Below the pieces are notes generated by a model. That model ran no database searches. It was not told where the DNA came from and was given only the letters and a program-made list of their open reading frames with translations. Below are positions 28,992 to 37,390 of a stretch of 64,000 nt of DNA, piece by piece. Where the stretch lies: NCBI GenBank assembly GCA_964640635.1, contig CAZXFD010000003.1, forward strand, positions 1,149-65,148, in the 5' to 3' direction. Made by a program: the position numbers and the translations under genes. This stretch comes from an uncultured Gammaproteobacteria bacterium (GTDB taxonomy: Bacteria > Patescibacteriota > Patescibacteriia > UBA1558 > S5-K13). Numbering within the stretch: position 1 is the stretch's first letter; each line of letters begins with the position of its first letter.

Positions 28992-30290
28992 TTATTTCAT
29001 TAGAATAATTTTTTTAAAAGATGAAAGCCTTCCATGTGTCATCTTATAAAAATAGACTCCGTCGGCAACCAACATATTAGCGTCATTGGTTCCATTCCAA
29101 ATCACACCGTAGGTTCCAGATGATTTTGTTTCTGAAACTAAGGTCTTTATTTTCTGACCTCTAATGTTGTAGATTTCTAGTTTTACATTTTCAGTCTTGG
29201 GAAGTGAAAATGAAATTTTGGTTTCCCCACTAAATGGGTTCGGATAATTACTCATAACAATACCTGGTGAAACCATATTATCATCGATAGCTACGCTTTG
29301 AAGATCTAATGTAATAAAATATCCATAGTCATCAGAATGTTCAAATAATGCTATTAATTTATTACCCGTAATGAACATACTTTTTGCTATATCTCCATAC
29401 GAAGAACCGTACACCGTTTGCCAACCCACTCCAGTAGTATTTATATCATACCTAGCAACTCCAGTACCCATAGCAAAATATATAGAGTTTCCGTTTTTTT
29501 CAAAAAACATTGGAGCAAGATAATGTGTGGGCATATGAACCAAAAGCTCTTGGCTAAAATCAGTACTCTGATTTATTTTGATAAGGTTAAATGCTCCCCA
29601 ACCATAGGGTGGAGTCAAATTTTCTTTTGCAATAATATAAATTCCAAATTCATCATTAATAACCTTGTTTATCTCTGAGTATTGTCCATATCCATAAGAG
29701 ATAATTGGCACTGAATAATACTCAAGATTATCAAAAATAGAAATCTGAGCTGCCATATCACCATTGCCAAGAACTTCATACCCACCACATACCAATTTAA
29801 GTGGTGCTTCCAGATTTATATCAAAACAGCTTATATTATCTACAGTATTGTTTTGACTACAAAACTGGTTTCCCTCTTCGAAATTATATGAAGTTACTCC
29901 AATAACTCCAGAAGAAAACAACACATACATGGAGCTATCATTGCATTTTTTGACTTGTTTAATGGGCGTATAAAGATCATAATAACCAAGGCTATCCTGA
30001 TCAAGATAAATATAAGTATTGGCCTCTGTTATGATCCCAACCCTTTCTTCATCAAACATTACTATCTGTTTATAAATAAGGGTATCTGGCAAGTCAATAG
30101 TTTCTGAAATGAATATCGTCCCTGTCTCCAGCGTGAATTTCAATAATTTGACATCAGTAGAGTCAGTAACGCCCCAAAAAACATTCCCATCTACAGAATC
30201 CATGCACGACATGTTTACATCATACCGATTCTGAGCATAAACAAGTATTGCGATCACAACGATCACAACAAGTAAAAAGATCTTCTTCAT
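28992..30290 (-). CDS. Secreted protein with C-terminal FlgD-Ig/T9SS type A sorting-like domain
   Basis: Signal peptide; NYPNPF..ETKISFSLP...KLEIYNIRGQKIKTL...GVYFYKM.......KKIILMK. Confidence 0.85.
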   Translation of the reverse strand: MKKIFLLVVIVVIAILVYAQNRYDVNMSCMDSVDGNVFWGVTDSTDVKLLKFTLETGTIFISETIDLPDTLIYKQIVMFDEERVGIITEANTYIYLDQDSLGYYDLYTPIKQVKKCNDSSMYVLFSSGVIGVTSYNFEEGNQFCSQNNTVDNISCFDINLEAPLKLVCGGYEVLGNGDMAAQISIFDNLEYYSVPIISYGYGQYSEINKVINDEFGIYIIAKENLTPPYGWGAFNLIKINQSTDFSQELLVHMPTHYLAPMFFEKNGNSIYFAMGTGVARYDINTTGVGWQTVYGSSYGDIAKSMFITGNKLIALFEHSDDYGYFITLDLQSVAIDDNMVSPGIVMSNYPNPFSGETKISFSLPKTENVKLEIYNIRGQKIKTLVSETKSSGTYGVIWNGTNDANMLVADGVYFYKMTHGRLSSFKKIILMK

Positions 30291-30417
30291 TTTCTCCTCC
30301 TAAGGATTATGTTTTCAAAGATATATTAGTATTACAACAATAAAAAAACTTTGTCAATAGCTCCCTAAACATAAAAAGTCTCCCGTATTTAATATAAAAC
30401 CCTTATTCCTTGATAAT

Positions 30418-30840
30418 TTAAAAAATAGATATTATAGAAGCGCCAGCTAAAACCAATATAATACCAATTATTTTTAACAAAGAAATATCTGAATTGAATA
30501 AGAGGGGCGCAAGTAATGCTATCAAAATGATCTGAGTTGCTTTTAAGGCACCTGCATATCCTGGATTAGGAGCGCTTTTTACAGCGGAAACATCCAAATA
30601 ATTTCCAAATACTGCAAATGCAGAGGCCAACACTAAAAACAGTATGACACTTAATCCTATATTTATCTTTGATTTATTGATTACATTCCAAATAACAAAA
30701 CCTGTAAATGTAATTCCAAATATAAACATATTAAGTACAAGTGGAGGCACATTCATTAAAAACAACTTTTTTATGACAAGTGTCATACCAGTAAAACATA
30801 CCGCCGATCCAAATGCATACATTACCCAGCTTGATATCAT
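30418..30840 (-). CDS. EamA/DMT-family small transporter
   Basis: Five TM segments, KIIGIILVLAG C-terminus. Confidence 0.8.
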   Translation of the reverse strand: MISSWVMYAFGSAVCFTGMTLVIKKLFLMNVPPLVLNMFIFGITFTGFVIWNVINKSKINIGLSVILFLVLASAFAVFGNYLDVSAVKSAPNPGYAGALKATQIILIALLAPLLFNSDISLLKIIGIILVLAGASIISIF

Positions 30841-30863
30841 ATTTTTTTATTTAATATTAATAA

Positions 30864-31349
30864 TTATTTTATCTGTGCAAAAATTACTACATAATTCTTT
30901 CCATAAGCTTTTGCACATTTTGGACATGCTGTATAGAAAAAATATAACTTTTTGACTTCCTTATCTCTGCTTTTCACATATTGCCTCATCTCTTGTATCC
31001 ATTTCCCCATATTTTGATATGACCCCTCAAAAACTTTTGTCAAAAATGTACCACCTAACTTTGTCATTTGTGCACCAGGAACATCCTTTGCAACATCGAT
31101 ATAAATGTCGGATCCAAATAAGGATTTTTCATCAAAAAGCATTAGTTGATGCTCTGCGCTTGCACCTGCTTTTTCTATTAACTTTGTGTTTTTGACAATC
31201 TTTGCTCCAATATTAATTGGAATATGAAAAAAATTAAGAATACCGTCTTTTACAAAAAGCTTGTCTTGCCAAAGAGTTTCTTTATTATCCCATGATTCTG
31301 GATCAAATGGCTCACAACAACCGGTTGATTTTATTATTTGTTCATTCAT
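30864..31349 (-). CDS. Conserved GyrI-like ('hydrolase') protein
   Basis: TGCCEPFDP..W, FLTKVFEG.Y, YTACPKCAKAYGKNYVV. Confidence 0.7.
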   Translation of the reverse strand: MNEQIIKSTGCCEPFDPESWDNKETLWQDKLFVKDGILNFFHIPINIGAKIVKNTKLIEKAGASAEHQLMLFDEKSLFGSDIYIDVAKDVPGAQMTKLGGTFLTKVFEGSYQNMGKWIQEMRQYVKSRDKEVKKLYFFYTACPKCAKAYGKNYVVIFAQIK

Positions 31350-31407
31350 AATTTTGTTTCTTCTAAATTTGTTGGTAAAATATATATCTTATTTTAATTG
31401 GTTAAAA

Positions 31408-31830
31408 CTACTTAATCCATTCATATAACCCCCTACCGCTTGCAATAGTTCCTATTTGTCTAGCCAATCCCTTGTCTACTAGTTTTTTCCAAAGATTCTC
31501 AGCTGATTCAGAAATATGAATATCTGATCTCAGTGGTTTATCAAGGGAGTCTACCAACTTTTTATAAACCTCTTCTCCAATACCTTGACCCCTCATGTCT
31601 TCTTCTATAGTAATAAAACCAATACTATAATAATCACCACAATCTTTATAAGACATAAAACCAATTTTTTTACCATCTAATAAAATAGATCTTGTATTTT
31701 TTAAGTGATCAAATTTTCTTCCTGCTAAAATAATATCCCCCGTTTTTTCTTTGGTATGTATAAGCTCAACTCTATTTTCTAAACTTTTTTTATTCTGTGG
31801 TTTTGGAAATTCTTCTATCATGATTTTCAT
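31408..31830 (-). CDS. GNAT-family acetyltransferase
   Basis: EDMRGQGIG acetyl-CoA motif A, SAENLWKKL. Confidence 0.75.
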   Translation of the reverse strand: MKIMIEEFPKPQNKKSLENRVELIHTKEKTGDIILAGRKFDHLKNTRSILLDGKKIGFMSYKDCGDYYSIGFITIEEDMRGQGIGEEVYKKLVDSLDKPLRSDIHISESAENLWKKLVDKGLARQIGTIASGRGLYEWIK

Positions 31831-31836
31831 TATTAA

Positions 31837-32778
31837 TTATTTATCTACAGACGAACAAAAATCTTTTAATATTGAAATATCTTCTTTCGTTAACATCCTA
31901 TTTAACTCTGTGCTTATTGGATACATCATCGATTCTTGACTATCTGAGTGACCTAATCCTATCGCATGCCCCAATTCGTGAGCCAAAACCCTTACCAATG
32001 CACTATAATCGTCAAATTGATAAATATCAATTTTTTCCTCTCCGTCTGAAGTTGACTCATACAAGCCATCTTCGAAATTACTTGGTAATTTATCACCCAC
32101 CATATTATACTCCCCAACATTCATATTCAATGATTCACCCAAGCCATTTAGTGCTGACACTAGAGCATTTAAATTGCTAGTTTTTGTATTTAAAGTATTT
32201 TGTATTTGATTTATTGAGCTACTTTGTGAATTGAGATATAGTCTTTGTTTTTCAAGAGCATTGTATACTTCTTGTGTTGCACCATTTTTGGAATTCCAAT
32301 ATTTAACTTCTTTTTCGTATTTATCTTTTTGAATTTTAAAGTTACTAATTATCAAATTAAGGCTTGCCAAGTCTCTATCATATTCAGATTTAAGCGCATT
32401 GTATTTTGCTTGCATCAAGTCATATGAAGCTTTGTTATTTTTTACATCAAGACCCAAATCTTCTAGTCTTTTTGTTGCTTCTTGACGAATGTCATATACA
32501 AGATTTATTTTCAAATTTCCATTTTCAGAATACTCAAACAAATCTCTACCAATCCCATCTTCCCATATTTTTTCTGCATCATTTATTGCCGACAAAAATT
32601 CATCATTTGATATACCAAATTTTCCATCAACAGAGCCTAGTGTATAAGTAATAACTTTTTCACACGGAGCATTATTAATATTTATTCTAGATGACAAAAT
32701 TTCTATATTGTTTTTTATAATATAAACATTTAATCCTACTATTGCTATAACTAATATTATTTTTAATGCTTTACCCAT
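31837..32778 (-). CDS. Matrixin (M10)-family metalloprotease with coiled-coil insert
   Basis: HELGHAIGLGH, Met-turn SMMYP, N-terminal TM. Confidence 0.88.
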   Translation of the reverse strand: MGKALKIILVIAIVGLNVYIIKNNIEILSSRININNAPCEKVITYTLGSVDGKFGISNDEFLSAINDAEKIWEDGIGRDLFEYSENGNLKINLVYDIRQEATKRLEDLGLDVKNNKASYDLMQAKYNALKSEYDRDLASLNLIISNFKIQKDKYEKEVKYWNSKNGATQEVYNALEKQRLYLNSQSSSINQIQNTLNTKTSNLNALVSALNGLGESLNMNVGEYNMVGDKLPSNFEDGLYESTSDGEEKIDIYQFDDYSALVRVLAHELGHAIGLGHSDSQESMMYPISTELNRMLTKEDISILKDFCSSVDK

Positions 32779-32798
32779 GTTTTATTTATTAAAAAATA

Positions 32799-33506
32799 TT
32801 ATCTATCAACTCTCACGTCATACAACCAAATTTTTTCTGGTTGAGATAACATATATACTACTACATCTGCCAAATCCTTGGGACTAGTAAACTCGTCTGT
32901 TTTAAAGTCTTCTCCCGTTTTTTCAAACATTTTTGTATCAACTCCACCCTGATACAAACCCGCAACCCTAACTCCTGCATCTTTTAACTCTAATTGCAAT
33001 ACTTCTGTAAATCCCCTTACTCCATATTTGGAAGCTGTATAAACCGATTGACCCTCTTGAGCCATTATTCCTGATTTTGAAACAATATTAATAATTGCTG
33101 ATTCTTTGTTTTTCTTTAATATTGGAATTAATAGTCTTGTAGTATTAATAAGTGCTACAAGATTTGTGCCAATTACCTCATCAACAACATCTTTACTAAT
33201 TTCCTCTGCTTTCATAAGCTTTTGCCAAATCCCTGCATCATTTATCAAAATGTTAACATTTCCAAAATCAGTAATTATATTATTTATAATTTTTTCTAGC
33301 ATTTCACTATCACATATATCACAAACATAAATCATCACTTTTTTTGCACCTAGCTTTTCTGATTCAAGTGCAACGGCTTCAAGTCGCCCTTTATCTCTTC
33401 CAATAAGTGCCAAGTTAGTGTTTTCTTTTGCTAGACGATATGTAATTTCTTTACCAAGTCCATCGCTAGCACCTGTAATTATAATTGTTTTATTTTGTAA
33501 ATTCAT
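32799..33506 (-). CDS. SDR-family oxidoreductase
   Basis: TGASDGLG, YTASK. Confidence 0.92.
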   Translation of the reverse strand: MNLQNKTIIITGASDGLGKEITYRLAKENTNLALIGRDKGRLEAVALESEKLGAKKVMIYVCDICDSEMLEKIINNIITDFGNVNILINDAGIWQKLMKAEEISKDVVDEVIGTNLVALINTTRLLIPILKKNKESAIINIVSKSGIMAQEGQSVYTASKYGVRGFTEVLQLELKDAGVRVAGLYQGGVDTKMFEKTGEDFKTDEFTSPKDLADVVVYMLSQPEKIWLYDVRVDR

Positions 33507-33546
33507 AAAATTTATTTTAAATAATTATCTATATTTTTTTATATTT

Positions 33547-34185
33547 TTATTTCGTGTAATGACAATACAATAATTCAACAAATCTAGTAGCAATATAATC
33601 TATATCCTCCAGAGAAGATGCGCTATTGTGTTCTCTCAAATTTATACTACCAATAATTTTATCTGAGAAAGCTCCTTCTTTTAATACATAATGATCGTCA
33701 TAATCACTTCCATGCTGTAATTCTAGGTTACCATCTATAATCATCATTTCTGGAACACCAACACCATCATTTTTTAGCTCACCTAAAATATTTTTATTTA
33801 CCCTAAATCCATGATGAACATACCTTTTCACAAATAATTTAATTGCTTTTACAAATTCTTCTGGATGTAATTCAAAATAGCCCGGACTAGCCAACAAATT
33901 CTCCCGAGACCTTTCTAAAAATACACCGACATTAGTATCTTTTTTCTTGAAGCCATTATTCATTATATTTTTTACAAAACCTGTGTCTATTTTATTTTCT
34001 CCAGTCTGTATAGCACTCGATGTAATATGCACTACTGGCATAGGTGCGTTTTTTTCTGAAAGAACATGCATACATTTCAAAATATCTTCTTTCAAACTCA
34101 CATTCTTTTCTATTACTTCTCTACAAAAAACATCAATTTGCTTTTGACTCGGTTTTTCTTGATCAAATATTTTTGGTATTTCCAT
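33547..34185 (-). CDS. Hypothetical protein, possible ADP-ribosyltransferase-like fold
   Basis: VVHITS...NIMNNGF...HYVL..; flanked by ~35-bp direct repeats. Confidence 0.55.
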   Translation of the reverse strand: MEIPKIFDQEKPSQKQIDVFCREVIEKNVSLKEDILKCMHVLSEKNAPMPVVHITSSAIQTGENKIDTGFVKNIMNNGFKKKDTNVGVFLERSRENLLASPGYFELHPEEFVKAIKLFVKRYVHHGFRVNKNILGELKNDGVGVPEMMIIDGNLELQHGSDYDDHYVLKEGAFSDKIIGSINLREHNSASSLEDIDYIATRFVELLYCHYTK

Positions 34186-34206
34186 AAATTTATCTTAAAT
34201 AATTAT

Positions 34207-35442
34207 CTATATCTTTTTCCATGAAATCTTTTTCCAGACCAAAACAAACAATAATACTTGTAAGATCGCTAATACAAGAGGTGTAATAAGCAGAGCAACG
34301 CTACTTGAAAATATATATATAAGCCCCATAAATATTAGTATACCAATAACTCTTCCTAGATCTAAGAAAATTTCACAATCAACTATTAGTGGATATTTAT
34401 CTGATTCATGACTAATCAATTCTTCATCCATGATATTCATTTGCCATGGATAAAAAACAAGCCAATAAAAGGATGGTGGCATTCCTGCCAATAATACATA
34501 AATTAATATTGTAAAATTACTATTTCCAAAAGCTAAAACACTGGCTAGTAAAACTGAAATTAAAAGCATAATAAAAAATACTTTTTCTCGATGACTATCT
34601 TTTGAAAATCTACCATAAAAATACATAAGAACAATAGAAAAAATACTTATAATAGCGCCGATTGTTCCAAGTATTCCTTCATTGCCCAAGAAGCTTAGTA
34701 TAAGTAACGTGGTAATAAGAGAGACAATTGTTTCAAAAATTCCTACAGAAAAATTTACTGCCCTTACAATATTCCATTGTTTTGAAATGTGCAGGTGCCA
34801 AATACCCTTAATTCTCGGTGTTTTAAAATCCGATTTTAAAAGCACTAATCCCGAAATAAACAAAGAAATTATTGCAAGCGCACTTACAAAAACATAGGCC
34901 ACGAATGCAGAATAAAGCTTGCTTATATCAGAAAATGCAATAATCCAACCAGCCAAAAACGAAACTATAATAGTTATTGTTGAAGCTAGTGCTGATACAA
35001 TGCTAAAAAAATATGTTCTTGTATCTGGACTCGTTTCTTGATAACTAAGATAATTTCTACTTGACCAATAAATACCATTTCCTAGTCCATAAATCATACC
35101 AAAAATAAGTAAGTTTATGACAGATGAGCCATGAAAAAATATTACTGCAGTTGCTCCAAATATAGAAAGCATATTTCCTACAAAATGGGTTTGCACCAAA
35201 CTAAATTTTCTCAAAACTTTGCCATTCATGATGAATCCAAAAGGTAATGCAAAAAAATATCCTAGACTATACACAAGGACAAGTGAAATTGACGATGTCA
35301 TTCGCCATATAAAAGCATTTATAAAAAGCGACAATATTGGCTGAGCAATCGAGCGAAGATTATATGCTATGACAAGAAGTCTCGCATTGTGAGGCAGGGT
35401 TTTGTAATGATTTAATTCTTTTTTTATTAAATGAATAAGCAT
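34207..35442 (-). CDS. MFS transporter
   Basis: About 12 TM segments; GLGNGIYW, DLGRVIG. Confidence 0.8.
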   Translation of the reverse strand: MLIHLIKKELNHYKTLPHNARLLVIAYNLRSIAQPILSLFINAFIWRMTSSISLVLVYSLGYFFALPFGFIMNGKVLRKFSLVQTHFVGNMLSIFGATAVIFFHGSSVINLLIFGMIYGLGNGIYWSSRNYLSYQETSPDTRTYFFSIVSALASTITIIVSFLAGWIIAFSDISKLYSAFVAYVFVSALAIISLFISGLVLLKSDFKTPRIKGIWHLHISKQWNIVRAVNFSVGIFETIVSLITTLLILSFLGNEGILGTIGAIISIFSIVLMYFYGRFSKDSHREKVFFIMLLISVLLASVLAFGNSNFTILIYVLLAGMPPSFYWLVFYPWQMNIMDEELISHESDKYPLIVDCEIFLDLGRVIGILIFMGLIYIFSSSVALLITPLVLAILQVLLFVLVWKKISWKKI

Positions 35443-35590
35443 TATAAATAACTAATGTTGATATTTTTATTATACACCACTAAATCAAGGGTCGACAACG
35501 CACAAGTAAAAAAATTATCCTCCATTATTGACACAGACAAAAAAAGATACTATACTAAAAAATCAATAAAAAACTGACGAGGGGGATAAC

Positions 35591-35809
35591 ATGACAAGAG
35601 AAGAACATCTTGATTGGTGCAAACAACGCGCCATTGAATATGCAGCTAGAGGAGATTTACAAGGTGCTTGGACTTCAATGGTTTCGGACTTAAACAAACA
35701 TCCAGAAACCAAAGACCATATAGCAATTAGCCTAGGATCGTCATTGTTTATGACTGGTCACCTAAGCACAATAGCTTTAATGACCAAATTCATCAAAGAT
35801 TTTAATTGA
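35591..35809 (+). CDS. Small conserved hypothetical protein, possibly phage-derived
   Basis: MTREEHLDWCKQRAIEY...SMVSDLNKHPET; TTGACA-N17-TATACT promoter, GAGGGGG SD, terminator ~35836-35863. Confidence 0.75.
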   Translation: MTREEHLDWCKQRAIEYAARGDLQGAWTSMVSDLNKHPETKDHIAISLGSSLFMTGHLSTIALMTKFIKDFN

Positions 35810-35976
35810 TCATTTATACCATAAAAAATTCATTTAGTGACAATAATTCTGTTGTCACTTTTTTATTAGATAATAAAAAAGGCATCATTTATACACCTAA
35901 AAAATTAATAATTATTATCAAAAACTATTAGAACCAATGTGGGTTCAAGCGTATCTAAGTTCAATAATAACATCTT

Positions 35977-36813
35977 TTAAAGAATAATATCAAAACCATT
36001 TGAATCATAAACCCTAATAGATTTTGGTATATATAATCTAAGGGCGTCTTTTAATGTTGGGTGATCAATTCCAAGTTTTTGCGCAAATGCTGTCTCTATA
36101 CTTTGAGATATTATTTTTTCAATTTGCATAACAATATCATTTCTTTTTTTATGTTTTTCTACATAATCAAGGTTTTTATTTTCAATTGTCTTTTTCTTTT
36201 TTATAAGTTCTTCAAGTGCTGTAGTATCTGCATGATATCCAGTTTCTATTTCCAGATCACTAATTATTCTTCTAAAACGATTATCTGTATAGGCACATCC
36301 TATTTTAGCGAGATCTAGAGGTAGATTCGCAAGTGGAAAACTCAATAAATTTGTGGGCACCATAATGCCAACTATATTTTCTTTTTTCACCTCATGTCCA
36401 ATAAATGCCTCGTCCGGATATCCACTATATTGGGAGGAACCCTTATTCACTTTATATGCTGACTTTTCACTAATAACAAAACTAATTCCATTTTTAATAT
36501 AATTACCAAAACAACCAAATGTAAATGAATTATTTATTGACGGTGATTCTGCTACTGAAACACTATTTTCTAAATTATAACCGCCATAGTTCCTTGTTAA
36601 TTTTACCCCCTTAGATTGAGCTGCTTGCTCTGATAAAATACCGTTTTCTAAAATACTACGAAGTTTTGGTATATCAAAACCAATACCATGAAAAACCAAC
36701 TTTTTATCATATAATATTTCACCATATTTTAACTCATGCTCCTTCGCGTTTTTAGGGTTTGAGATTGGTTTCTCTGAAATAAATTGTGGCTTTTCTTCTA
36801 ATGATAATTTCAT
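35977..36813 (-). CDS. Putative ADP-ribosyltransferase-fold protein
   Basis: FHGI...LRSILENGILS, SVSV, YPDEAFI..EV..ENIVGI. Confidence 0.55.
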   Translation of the reverse strand: MKLSLEEKPQFISEKPISNPKNAKEHELKYGEILYDKKLVFHGIGFDIPKLRSILENGILSEQAAQSKGVKLTRNYGGYNLENSVSVAESPSINNSFTFGCFGNYIKNGISFVISEKSAYKVNKGSSQYSGYPDEAFIGHEVKKENIVGIMVPTNLLSFPLANLPLDLAKIGCAYTDNRFRRIISDLEIETGYHADTTALEELIKKKKTIENKNLDYVEKHKKRNDIVMQIEKIISQSIETAFAQKLGIDHPTLKDALRLYIPKSIRVYDSNGFDIIL

Positions 36814-36834
36814 ATTTTTATTTATACTTACACC

Positions 36835-37338
36835 CTAATAATTAGTATCTAAGTATTTTTGAACATACTCAATATCAATTCGTTGGTGTTCGCCCCCTAG
36901 CTCCTTTTTGTATTCTATCAAATCACGAGGATCCATTATAAGAGCCTTAGTCCCGTTAATATTAGTAATAATGCCCTCAAATAGACGAATATCTTTGACA
37001 TTTATCCATTTACTTTGATTCAAGTTGGTCATTTTTAATGTATCAATATCTGTCATGTCTATATCCTGTCCTTTATAATTAACAGATAATGTATTACAAT
37101 CCCATTTTTCATTTAGATAATGCTTTGGTCCATCTGTAATATACTCTTTTACCTCTGAAACGATCGTATCAAAATATTTACCAGAAAGAGATATATCTAT
37201 ATCATTAACCTCTCGAGGAGATCCATAAATTTTAGCAGCAAATCCACCACCAATTTTATATGTAATATTATTTCTGTCTAAAATATCTATTATCCAACGA
37301 AGACCACTTAGAATTTTATCACCTAGATCATATTGCAT
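36835..37338 (-). CDS. Nucleotidyltransferase-family protein
   Basis: IGGGFAAKIYGSPREVNDIDI, LIEYK. Confidence 0.75.
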   Translation of the reverse strand: MQYDLGDKILSGLRWIIDILDRNNITYKIGGGFAAKIYGSPREVNDIDISLSGKYFDTIVSEVKEYITDGPKHYLNEKWDCNTLSVNYKGQDIDMTDIDTLKMTNLNQSKWINVKDIRLFEGIITNINGTKALIMDPRDLIEYKKELGGEHQRIDIEYVQKYLDTNY

Positions 37339-37390
37339 AAATATTTAATTAGATTTCAAGTATATTTTATTCAACATATAAACTTTATAG

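Noticed and set aside
33504-33521. dif/Xer site suggested by CATAA plus TTATxTTAAAT
   Set aside because: The spacer is 2-3 nt rather than 6, and the locus is near the origin rather than the terminus
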